Below are positions 41,866-52,559 of a stretch of DNA of 64,000 nucleotides, in pieces; position 1 is the stretch's first letter, and each line of letters starts with the position of its first letter. Under the pieces are notes generated by a model that ran no database searches, was not told the DNA's origin, and saw only the letters and a list, made by a program, of their open reading frames with translations. The stretch spans positions 20,958,001-21,022,000 of the forward strand of contig CM059433.1 of the NCBI GenBank assembly GCA_030390025.1, given 5' to 3'. This DNA is from Squalus acanthias. Lineage: Eukaryota. The translations under genes were made by a program, and so were the position numbers.

Positions 41866-42699
41866 ACTTTTAATTTAAAAACTCTTACCTCAAATCTAAA
41901 CTCTCGGATTCTCGCTCTCCCGAACTACCTTAACTATGAACTACCTTAAAAGAAATAAACTTAAAATTGAAGAAAAAAAAGCACTATTTTCCTATGTTCC
42001 AACATTTCTCACAAATGAAGCAAATAATTTATGAATACAGTTCATTAACCTATAAAATACCCTATGTATGAATCAATACAGAAGTAAAAATATTGAGGTT
42101 TTTTTTGACAAAAACTTATATTGGAGCACTAATTATTAAAGGCAAAGAGCAATCTATTGAAAAGTCTTTACAGTACAACGTATTTCCTACTTTTAAATTT
42201 TAACACTATTATTGAATAAAAATCAACTGCCCCCAACTAATTGCTTGAAGAAATGCTGCTACCACTCAGCACTGGAGTGGTTACCAGGTTACAAAGAAGC
42301 TTTCACAAGTCCTTTGTGTTCAGGCTGTTGAGCTCTTTCATCACTGAAAACATAACAGAGGCACATGCTGATTGACACTTTGCTCACGAAGTTCAGGTGT
42401 GCTCCAGAAGTGCAAGGTTCCTGCAGTAATCCAGTACAATTCCTGTCTGCTTCTTCATAGTTGTTATGGGACCTGGTAACAATATTATGTTGGGTATTTT
42501 TGTAAATCTTTCTCATCTTTAAGTAGGTACTATCATTTAGGTGTATATAGGACATCAGCTAACAAATCTTTATCTTCTTTCAATTCTGCTGTTCAGTCTC
42601 ACAAATGTGTTACCCTCCCATATTCACTTAGATTGTAAAGATATGACAAGATATGTTAGAAATAATCAATTGTTGAGAAAGCCAATTAATAGAAAATAT

Positions 42700-43518
42700 G
42701 GGGACGATTTTGCCAGTCCTGGGGAGGCGGGTTTGGAGGTGGGACTGCCGGGAAAATGGCAGAATCTGGGGGCGGGTACCCATCCCGCCCCCAACCCGCC
42801 TCCGTGCCATCTTCCCATGAGGCGGATACCCAACCCGCGCTGGGAGCCGCGTCCTCGAGGTGGGAAGGGGATTAGTGCCAATTAACTGCCTGTTAACAGG
42901 TAGTTAACAGGCAGTTTTTTGGATAATCCTTATTTTGAGCCCTAAAGTGTGGGCTTCCCGACGGATCCGAACCTCGCCTGCGGAGGTCGGAGGGGCCGAG
43001 ATGTCCGGTGTGCAGGTGAGTGATGAGTGCAAGTGTGGAGAGGTAAGTGTGTGAGGTGAGTCTTAAGTGTTTTAAAAGCTTTACTTACCTTTGCTTCTTC
43101 CTCCAGGCTTCAACCCTTCAGGTCTTGGGAGTCCCTCATCTCACTGGCAGAGAAAGCAGAATGGCCGCTGCATTCTCAAATGCATCAGCCTTCTGCTTTC
43201 TGCTCAGGAGAGATCTCAAATTGAGCCTGTGTCCCAGGTCTCAATTTAGAAGACAGATTGTAAGTGTTTGACAGCTTCACAGAGCTGTCAAACAATGACA
43301 ATTCATCTGTCAAAAGCTCTTGACAGATGAAACGTCACTCGCTGACGTCACCAGTAACCGGCTTTCCCTTAATTGGCCTGCTTAGCCTGCTGGGCGGGAT
43401 TAACAAGGTCAATCAAGGGAAAATAGCGTAGGTTGGCCGGACGTCAATGGAGGCGGGACTAAAACCCGACAAGCAGCAGTCCCGCCTCCATCACGTCCCC
43501 ATTGGCAAAATCACCCCC
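42700..43518. mobile_element. MITE family M3, probable PIF/Harbinger type
   Basis: TIRs GGGGACGATTTTGCCA / TGGCAAAATCACCCCC, with flanks TAT/TAA. Inverted homolog at 46073-46899. Confidence 0.8.
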
Positions 43519-43529
43519 TAAGAGTCAGT

Positions 43530-44230
43530 GAGCCAGAATTTACTGTAGCCGTCGAAGAAATGCCACCTGCCGTTCATTAGACTTGCCCTTGATATTTCTT
43601 GCTGCAAGTTGCTGTTGGTACCTGACAGAAATGGTGCTGCACCCTCTACAGGGCATCTGGGACCTGTGTGAACAGGGCGAGCAACTGCGTGTCTCCTTAA
43701 CCAATCAGATTGAGGATTGCACAGTGCAGAGCCTGAACCAGTTAGAATAGTGGATTCAATGTCAAATCAGCTAAAGAAAGCAAAATAAAAAGAGGGAAAG
43801 AAAGATTGGATTAAGAGAGAGAGAGAAAAAAGAGACAGAAAGAAAATCTCCAACAATTAAAATCTGAAGGAATGAGACTACACACTTGTAAAAGTTAATT
43901 TTCAGTCCCAGAGATGTTGTTTGGCAGTAATTAAGACTTATCATGCCATTAAAAAGGGAACTTAGACTGAAATGGACAAGTCCTAATTTTTTGTGGCAAG
44001 TGCAAGCCGTATCTACGACGTCAGGACAGGAACTTCACTCCGTTCAATACTTTGAATGGGGAGCCAGATGGCGAGATGCCCTTTTCGCGCAGTTTACGGA
44101 GGAGAAGCAACTTCTGGATTTTCATATTTAACTGCACTTGTGCATTCGTCTGAAGTTGCTATCCGAATTGTGCGTATATAGCAGTGAACGCTATTAGCCT
44201 CACTGTTATTTTGACAGTAAACTCTGGCTC
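43530..44230. mobile_element. MITE family M2
   Basis: TIRs GAGCCAGAATTTACTGT / ACAGTAAAACTCTGGCTC. Internal blocks (CCAATCAGATTGA, AAAGCAAAATAAA.AGAGGGAAAG) are shared with 32590-33299. Confidence 0.78.
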
Positions 44231-44460
44231 TATCTTTCTTGTACTTCTTGAAAATATCATGGAAAAATAGATAAGTAGAGGAATGTCAGTTCTGGGATTG
44301 GAATTATGACAACCACACTTGATGCTCCACAAAGCAATCCAAAACTTGAATACTACAACAACAATAACATGTATTTATATAGCACCTTTAACGTAGTAAA
44401 ATGTCCCAAGGCACTTCACAGGAGCATTATCAAACGAAATTCGTCACTGAGCCACATAAG

Positions 44461-45203
44461 GGCCCAGAAATTGATCTCGCTCTGTTCCCGCGGGGGTAAG
44501 CCTTCCCCGCGATCTCTCACCTCGCTTGTGCTTTTTCAGATCCAGCTCGCACGAACTTGATGTTCCAGACATCAGCTGTGCTGGGCTTGCGTATCCCAGC
44601 GGCGTAGTGAATTCGTGCGAGCTGTGGGATCACGTGACTCAGTTAGAGCCAATGGCAGCACACCATCTTCCATTCATAAGTCTCACAGCATGGCTGTGAA
44701 ATCTATGAATCTTACACCCCCCCAAAATAACAGCTAAACCTCAATTAAATTAAAAAAAAAACCATCGCATTAATAAAATAAGTATAGTTAATTAAATTAA
44801 CCATTTTAAATAAAAAATTAAATTTTTGAAAAAATTTAAAATCTTTTAAAAAGTTATAAAAATAAACTTACCTGTCTTTAAAGTCTCTAAAAAAGATATA
44901 CCTGTAAAAAAAAATTCAAAAAAATACTTAATTCACTACTTACCTTCTTAAAAGCGGGTCTGACTCCTCCTTTTTACATTTCCAAAATCTTCCCTACTTA
45001 CCTGCGCATCCAAAGCATGAAGTGCACAGCGTGCGCGCAGCCTGTAGCGCGCACGCGATGCACCCAGGACCCGCCCCCTTTTCAGAAGAGCAATTGCCGG
45101 TTTTCAGCGCATGCGCAGGGCATGCAGAAAACCGGCAATTGGAGTGGGAATACGCGAGAGTACGCAGTGCGTACTCTCGCGTCCCGGGATCAATTTTCGG
45201 CCC
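44461..45203. mobile_element. MITE family M4 inserted in the L2 tail
   Basis: TIRs GGCCCAGAAATTGATC / GATCAATTTTCGGCCC, with an exact 3-bp TSD AAG. Confidence 0.8.
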
Positions 45204-46072
45204 AAGGAGTTATAAGGGCAGATGAGCAAAAGCTTGGTCAAAGAGGTAGGTTTTAAGGAGCGTCTTAAAGGAGGAAAGAGAGGTAGAGAGATGGAGAGGT
45301 TTAGGGAGGGAATTCCAGAGCTTAGGGCCTAGGCAGCTGAAGGCATGGCCGCCAATGGTAGGGCGATTAAAATCGGAGATGCTCAAGAAGCCAGAATTGG
45401 AGGAGCGCAGATATCTCAGAAGGTGGTAGGACTGGAGGAGATTACGGAAATAGGGAGGGGTGAGGTGATGGAGGCATTTGAAAACAAGGATGAGAATTTT
45501 AAAATCAAAGCATTGCTTAACCGGGAGCCAATGTAGGTCAGCAAGCACAGGGGTGATGGGTGAACGGGACTTGGTACAAGTTAGGACATGGGCAGCAGAG
45601 TTTTAGATTACCTTATATTTATGGAGTGTGGAAGATGGGAGACCAGCCAAGGGTCTGTTGGAATAGTCAAGTATAGAGCTAACAAAGGCATGGATGAAGG
45701 TTTAAGCAGCGGATGTGCTTAGGCAGGGGCGGAGTCGGGCGATGATGCGGAGGTGGAAATATGCGTCTTAGTATTGGTGAGGATATGTGGTTGGAAGCTC
45801 AACTTGAGGTCAAATATGACACCAAGTTTGCGAATGGTCTGGTTTAGCCTCAGACAGTTGCCAGGGATGGAGTTGGTGAAGTTGTTGTAATATTCAAGTT
45901 TCTGGCGGGGACCGAAGACAATGGCTTCAGTCTTCCCAATATTTAGTTGGAGGAAATTACTGCTCATTCAGTACTGGATGTCAGACAATTTAAAGACTGT
46001 GGAGGGGTTGAGAAAAGTGGTAGTGAGGTGGAGCTGGGTGTCATCAGCGTACATGTGGAAACTGACTCTGTG

Positions 46073-46899
46073 GGGGCGATTTTCTGAATGGAGGCGGGAC
46101 TGTTGCTTGTCGGGTTTCAGTCCCGCCTCCATCGAGTTGTGGCCAACCCACGCAATTTTCCCTTGATTGACCTTGTTAAGCCTGCCCAGCGGGTTTAGCA
46201 GGCCGATTAAGGGGAAGCCGGTTGCAGAGCACGTCAACATATGACGTGTCATCTGTCAAAACATTTTGACAGATGAATTGTCATCGTTTGACAGTTCTGT
46301 GAAGCTGTCAAACACTGACATTCTCTGTCGTTTGATGAGTTCTTGCATACAAGACCTCATCAACCTTCTTTTTACAGAATTGAGATGTTTGTTGCATCTA
46401 AGAATGCAACGGACATCTCTCATCTGCAACACAGAGGTGCGAGACTCTCCATGTAGAAACCAACTAAAGCCTGCAGGGAGAAACAAAGGTAAGTACACTT
46501 TTAAAAACACTTAGGACTTACCTCAGATACTCACCTCTACACTCTTGCACCCATCACTTACCTTCACACCACACTTTTGCACCCCGACCCCCGCAGACCC
46601 ACTACTCGCCTCGGTGACCCTGGCGGGTTTTGGTGCCGTCAGGAAGCCCACACTTGTGAGGGCAAAAACGGGATAATCCTATTTTCTGCCTGTTAACTAC
46701 CTGTTAACAGGCAGTTAATAGGCTTTAATCCCTTCCTGCCTCCAAGGAGACGGGGCCCGGCGCAGGACGGCAACCTGCCTCCTGGGAAGATGGCATGGAG
46801 GCGGGTTGGGGGCGGGTTTGCCACCCGCCCCCAAATTCTGCCATTTTCCCGGCAGTCCCGCCTCCATACCCGCCTCCTCGGGGCTGAGAAAATCGCCCC
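46073..46899. mobile_element. MITE family M3 inserted in L2
   Basis: TIRs GGGGCGATTTTCT / AGAAAATCGCCCC, with TGT(G) duplicated on both sides. Confidence 0.85.
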
Positions 46900-48394
46900 T
46901 GTGTTTTCGGATGATGTCGTTGAGGGGCAGAATGTAGATGAGAAATAGGAGGGGGCCAAGAATAGATCCTTAGGGACACCAGAGGTAAAGGTGCGGGAGT
47001 GGGAAGAGAAGCCATTGTAGGTGATTCTCTGGCTACGACTGGATAGATAAGAATGGAACCAGGCGAGTGCAGTCCCACTCAGCTGGATGACGGTGGAGAG
47101 CCTTTGGAGGAGAATGGTGTGTTCAGTCGTGTCATTGGCTGCAAACTGGTCGAGAAGGATGAGGAGGGACAGTTTACTACGGTCACAGTCACATAGGATG
47201 CCATTTGTGACTTAGATAAGAGCCATTTCAGTACTGTGGCAGGGTAGAAAGCTGATTTGAGGGATTCAAACATGGAGTTCTGGGAAAGATGGGCATGGAT
47301 TTGCAAATTCAAGGACTTTGGAGAGGAAAGAGAGGTTGGAGATGGGATGGTAGTTTGCAAGGACGGAGGGGTCACGGGTTGTATTTTTGACAAGGGGGTG
47401 ATAACGGCAGATTTGAAGGATTGGGGGACAGTACCTGAGGAGTGAGAACCGTTAACAATATCAGCTAACTTGGGAGCCAGGAAAGGAAGTTGGGTGGTCA
47501 GCAGTTGAGTGGGAATAGGTTCAAGTGAGCAGGAAGTGGGTCTCATGGACAAGCTGAATTCGGAGAGGGCATGAGGGGAGATCAGAGAGAAACTAGAGAA
47601 AGATGTGAGTTTAGGGCTAGGGCAGGGGAGAACTTTAGCGGAGGTTTGGCCCGGTGGGCTAGGGGAAGGGAGAGAAGCGGCAGAGGCAGCTGAACGGATG
47701 GTCTCAATCTTAGTGACAAAGAAGTCCATGAGCTCCTCACACTTGTTGTACTGTGTCATCTCTGGAGAAGCTCTTCCAAAACCTCACTTGCACTTGTGTC
47801 CAAGAAACAATAAAAAGCTTGTTAACTTCTCACCTCTAGCCTCCATCTTCTCGCTTTCTGTTGCAGTTGTGTGAGCTTACCAGAACTTAGTAACAGATTC
47901 ATTAATGAGCATGTAGCATGCAATCTGTGAGATGGGCATTTTATTTCTGGATGCCACTTCAAAGTTTTCAGCCATTAAGTAGCTGAACAGCCTGAACACT
48001 AAATAATTGTGATGGTCTTTTTGTAACCCGCTACAGCAGGAACCTTTAATGACGAGGGATAACAGCATTTCTTCAAACAGGAGAGATTTTTTAAAAATTC
48101 AATTATTGTGTTAAAGCCTGTTAGCAATAAGTACTTTGCACTGTATATACTTTCCAATAGAATTCCCTTTCCCTTTCTTCTCTTTATTTTATCCGTATTG
48201 TATTACTGCAGTCAGTGTTTCTCCTGAGCTCCTAATGCACTATCCCACACACTCATCCTCCTCCCTGTATCCACAGTGCGCTGAAATGAAGACTCGTTGC
48301 ACCATCTGCTACTCTATCTCCGACATCTCCTCCAACCACAAAACTGTGGAACTCCTTACCTTCCTCAATTTTTCCTTCCTTTTAAAATTGAGGG

Positions 48395-48903
48395 TCATCA
48401 GTAGATCGGAGGTGGGGGAGGGCGATGAGGACATTTTGGGTCTGGGAGGAGATCGGCGGGGGTGGGGGGGGGGAGGCAATCGCGCGGGGGCGGGGGGGGG
48501 GCGGACCGATCGCGACGAGAGGGGTCCGCTCATGGGGAGGAAAGCAATTTAGCTTGGTGGGCTGAGGGCGTGTGGGGGAAGCACTGCTGCTCCTCCTGAC
48601 TCACGAGCGGTGCTGGAAAGGCACTTACGTGATGGCTCCAGTGCTTCTTGCCTCTCTTTAGATGCCGGCTTTCCGAAGCCCTGTGAAACCCGGCCCACAT
48701 CAGTTAAATTTAAAACTCTCCTCAAATTTTAGGCAGTGCAGCATCATTAAAATATTTAAATGATGGTCCCGCCTCTGGAGAGCAGGTTAATCGCCCCCCA
48801 CCCCCCCAACCCGCCTCTTCATTAAAACCAGAAGTTGGAGACGGCTTGAATTTTTAAGCCACCGGCCCTTCTCTTGCCTGTCGTGGGGGGTTAAAATTCC
48901 CAC
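48395..48903. mobile_element. Partial GC-rich MITE related to 62269-63375
   Basis: Right end GGGGGTTAAAATTCCCACC. It shares GCACT.CTG.TCCTCCTG.CTCA.GAG and ACTTAC with the reverse complement of 63240-63310. Confidence 0.55.
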
Positions 48904-49080
48904 CATTAAGTCTATTTCAGAAATGTTAGCTGCGTATTGTAACAGTTCGAAAGTGTTAAATGAAGAAAAATGCTTTCGATTGATTTAGTTTAATATTAAT
49001 TCGGTGGCAATGACAATTTGGCTTTTTCATCTTTGGGTAATTGAATGGCAAAAATCATTTGTTCTGAAACTTGCTCAAAG

Positions 49081-49313
49081 TTTACGCAGCGAGTGGTTAG
49101 GATCTGGAATGCACTGCCTGAAAGGGCAGTGGAGGCAGACTCAATCGCGGCTTTCAAAAGGGAATTGGATAAGTACCTGAAGGAAAAAAAATTGCAGGGC
49201 TACGGGGAAAGGGCGGGGGAGTGGGCCTAGCTGAAGTGCTCTTGCAGAGAGCCGGCATGGGCTCGACGGGCCGAATGGCCTCCTTTCATGCTGTAACCAT
49301 TCTATGATTCTAT
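49081..49313 (+). mobile_element. CR1 3' end
   Basis: FTQRVVRIWNALPERAVEA, then GGGCCGAATGGCC and an (ATTCTATG) tail. Confidence 0.9.
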
Positions 49314-49899
49314 AAGTTCTTTAAAATTGGGCAGATTGTTTCGTGAAGTTGTGAGGTGAGAGTTGTGGTGGGCTAATTGTGGAGATGGAAATGACTGAGC
49401 TCGTGCCATCTCTGCAGTTCCCTCAGTGAAAGGATGCCGATGTGAGACAGCAGACATCCCGTTGCAGTTAGACATTCATCAAAGCAATTGGGATACTTTG
49501 AGCAAAAGGCAATTTTTACAGCATATTTTTTGCAGTTTATTGCCTGCCTTCCATTGTTACACCACTCATTTCGTCCCAATTGTCCCCCGAAGAAATGTTT
49601 TTAATTATCTTTAGCGTTCGCTGACTATCTGAAAATCCCATCACAACCGAGCCTCAGACCTGCTGCTGGCTATGACTAGCAGAAAATGTACCACTTCGTA
49701 TTAGCAATCTACGATCCATAACATATAATTAGACTAATTATGTCTGTGAAGCAACGAGGTTGACAATTATTCCAGTAATTCCTTTTGTGGTTAGGGTTAC
49801 CAACTCTGGTTGGATATATTCCAAGAGGTTTCATCACATGACCTCCAAGACCCCCCACCCCCACACAGATGCCATTGGTCACTTGAGACATCCATCAGG

Positions 49900-50008
49900 A
49901 TAGAAATTTATGGCACAGCAGGAGGCCATTTGGCCCACTGTGTCTGTGCCGGCCGAAAAAGAGCTCTCCAGCCTAATCCCACTTTCCAGCTCTTGGTCCG
50001 TAGCCTTG
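49900..50008 (-). mobile_element. CR1 3' UTR fragment
   Basis: Reverse complement of the CR1 tail at 22200-22310. Confidence 0.7.
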
Positions 50009-51050
50009 TATTTATATGGTGCCTTTAATGTAGTAAAACATCCCAAGGCACTTCACAGGAGTATAATAAGACAAAAAATTGACACCAAAAGCTTGGTCAA
50101 AGAGGTAGGTTTTAAGGAGCGTCTTAAAGGAGGAAAGCGAGGTGGAGAGGTTCAGGGAGGGAGTTCCAGAGCTTAGGGCTGTAAGCCTCGCTGTCCTATT
50201 CTCAGGCTTGTAGTTTGTTTTGACCCGCGAATTACAGGGGAAATAATTAAATGAATCACCCAAAAACTCTTAAGTTAAATAAGGTCGTTTATTAAAGGAA
50301 AAGAAGAGAGAAAAGAAAAGAAAAACGCTTATAGATTTAAATGGCCATACAATGCCCTTCTTACTCTACTCTTAGCAATAAAGATGTTCTAGCAATAAAA
50401 TGCCCAAATATGTTCTAAGTAAATCATCATACAATCACCCCGAAGTGGCCAGCACCTATTGATTGCAGCTCTCTCCTTCTGACGATCAGTAGGGTTTGTT
50501 TCTTGGTGACTGCAGCTCTCCTTCCGACACCTTTACTGCAGTAACAAAGTTACCTTAACAGCTTCTTTTATATCTTTTCCTTTCAATGGTGGACAGGATG
50601 TTACATCGCCAAGGCCTCATTGACCTATCGATGATAGCCTTAGATCATGATAACCAACAATATATCGCGGTTTTTGTTTAAAACTTAAAGTTAAAGCCCG
50701 CATGATCTTAAACCTCCTTTTCAGTAAAGTTCCATCATGTGAAGACCACAGCAACACTTGATTGGCTGGATAGCTCATGCAAATCTCAACCGTCTAGCTG
50801 GCAAACTTTCTGATAAGGATTGTTTATTGAAGAGGTCCATAGAGTTCTGTGTTACCTCATCAAGGCCTAATTCCTCATTGTTTATACAGACGTCTCCTTT
50901 AGCTACACGATGTCTTTGTTCCTTCATGCTAGCACTGTCTGGTTTCACTGTTTTGCCACAGTTCAGCAGGTTTTAATGTCCAGCTTGAAAATTGTGTCAA
51001 AAGGACTTCTCTTCCTTACAGGGCTTAGGCAGCTGAAGGCACAGCCAACA
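50009..51050 (-). mobile_element. L2 3' fragment split by a solo LTR
   Basis: GAGCTTAGGGC|..|GGGCTTAGGCAGCTGAAGGCA matches the uninterrupted L2 at 45318-45345. Confidence 0.8.
50180..51020 (-). mobile_element. Solo LTR (841 bp)
   Basis: Termini TGTAAG..CTTACA with a 4-bp TSD GGGC. On the minus strand there is an AATAAA near 50290 and a TATA-like ATATAAAA near 50570. Confidence 0.85.
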
Positions 51051-51359
51051 GTTGAATTACTTTTGCAATTTTATTCGAACAACTTGGTTGATTTTGCAGC
51101 TGTTTTGAATCAATTGTCACTTATCCATAATTCTCAACATGATTGTGTATTTGAGGAGAAGCGAAGGGAATTGATGACCTATGCACACTTGATAGAACAA
51201 TTTTCTGCTTTGCTTACTGTTAGAATAGAGCTTGTACGTTTTAGCTGCTGTCCCAGGTTCTGGATTACAACCCTCTCTTGCCTGATCTCCACAGGTCTGT
51301 GAAGAAATACAAGAATGTGAAGTTTTGTTCTGTGTGTGATTGGGCCATCTCCAGTGCCA

Positions 51360-51995
51360 AGGTGTCAGCCTTGGCTCAGTGGTAGGACTCTCGCAGAAGG
51401 CTGTGCGTTCAAGCCCCACTCGCGATTCTTGAGCCTAAAATCCAGGCTGACACTCCAGTGCAGTACTGAGGGAGTGCTCCACTGTCGGAAGTGCTGTCTT
51501 TTGGATCAGACGTTAAACCGAGGCCCCTCAGGTGGATGCAAAAGATCCCATGGCACTATTTCGAAGAAGAGCAGGGGAGTTGTCCCCGGTGTCCTGGCCA
51601 ATCGTCCCTCAAACAACACCTAAAATCAGATTATCTGGTCATTATCACATTGCTGTTTGTGGGAGCTGCAAACTACACTTCAAAAGTACTTTAGCAAAAT
51701 ACTGCAGATGCTGGAAAATTGAAACAACAACAGAAAACGCTGGAAAAACTCAGCAGGCCAGGCAACATCCGTGGAGAGAGAAACAGAGTTAACGTTTCAG
51801 GTCGAAACCCTTCGTCAGACGAAGGGTTTCGACCTGAAACGTTAACTCTGTTTCTCTCTCCACGGATGTTGCCTGGCCTGCTGAGTTTTTCCAGCGTTTT
51901 CTGTTGTTGCTTCAAAAGTACTTCATTGGTTGTAAAGCACTCTGGGATGTCCTGAGGTTGTGAAAGGCACTATATAAATGCAAGTCTTTCTTTTT
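51360..51995 (+). mobile_element. DeuSINE interrupted by a Penelope-like fold-back
   Basis: A box TGGCTCAGTGG, B box GTTCAAGCCC, Deu-like core and tail AAAGGCACTATATAAATGCAAG. Confidence 0.85.
51692..51909. mobile_element. Penelope-like family B insertion forming a perfect 185-bp palindrome (51725-51909)
   Basis: 14-bp TSD CTTCAAAAGTACTT (51678-51691 / 51910-51923), with the centre at 51817. The minus strand reads CTGACGA-AGG(GTTTCGA)CCT-GAAACGTT, a hammerhead core. Confidence 0.8.
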
Positions 51996-52004
51996 CTTTT
52001 CTTT

Positions 52005-52116
52005 TCCTCCTCCTTGTTTTCAAATCCCTCCATGGCCTCACCCCTCCCTATCTCTGTAACCTCCTCCAGCTGTACAGCCGTCTGAGATATCTGCGCTCTT
52101 CCAATACTGCCCTCTG
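52005..52116 (+). mobile_element. L2 fragment
   Basis: TTCAAATCCCTCCATGGCCTCACCCCTCCC..TGTAACCTCCTCCAGC, as at 22835-22890. Confidence 0.7.
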
Positions 52117-52205
52117 ACTTAGGAAACTGAATGCTAATAACAAGCTGAAGGCTAATGCTGGTAGTGGACTGTTTCTGGCTCCTACTGAACAGATTTACTG
52201 CAGTC

Positions 52206-52503
52206 ATGGGTGGTGTGGTAGGGCTGCCTTTGGGGCTGAAAACAAGAGGGAGCAACAAGGAAGGCAGCAGAGAGCAGGAGCACCTGGGAGAAGAGGGAGG
52301 AGGAGGGCACTGCCCAGGAGGACATATCCACGGTGGATATTCAGGGAGCACTTCTACATAAACTTCACCGAGAAGCAGTGTCTCAGGCGCCTTCGCTTCA
52401 CCGAGGAGGCTGTCACTGAGTGATGTCACCTGCTGCATCCACAACTCGATCCTCGCAGCAGAGCATGGACAGCACTGCCTGTAGCTGTCAAGGACACCGT
52501 GCC
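52206..52503 (+). pseudogene. PIF/Harbinger (HARBI1-like) transposase N-terminal fragment
   Basis: Manual translation gives RRTYPRWIFREHFYINFTEKQCLRRLRFTEEAVTE*CHLLHPQLDPRSRAWTALPVAVKDTV. Confidence 0.75.
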
Positions 52504-52559
52504 TATCTTCTGTACTTGTTTACTTATCCCGGTGCACCTACAAACTGTTTCCCCAGTGG

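Larger units (their letters stand above)
37904..41985 (-). mobile_element. Near-complete CR1 LINE (ORF1 + ORF2, part of 5' UTR)
   Basis: Consecutive minus-strand ORFs encode Zn finger, esterase, APE endonuclease and RT, followed by an (ACTCTATG) tail. Only a few stops and frameshifts. Confidence 0.95.
44355..47748 (-). mobile_element. L2 LINE interrupted by two MITEs
   Basis: (AAC)n tail at 44355, then LADLHWLPV, LQLNIGKTEAIVFG, FHMYADDTQL and FFVTKIETIRS. Confidence 0.9.

Noticed and set aside
47881..47992. Possible minus-strand exon ending in a GTAAGC donor
   Set aside because: The peptide is unrecognisable, the acceptor is weak and no partner exons were found. It cannot be fully excluded without RNA data.
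49791..49860. TAGGGTTACCAACTC as a hAT-like terminus
   Set aside because: No matching second end or TSD is visible.
51691..51955. Two ORFs with nearly identical peptides on opposite strands
   Set aside because: An artefact of the DNA palindrome, not coding.
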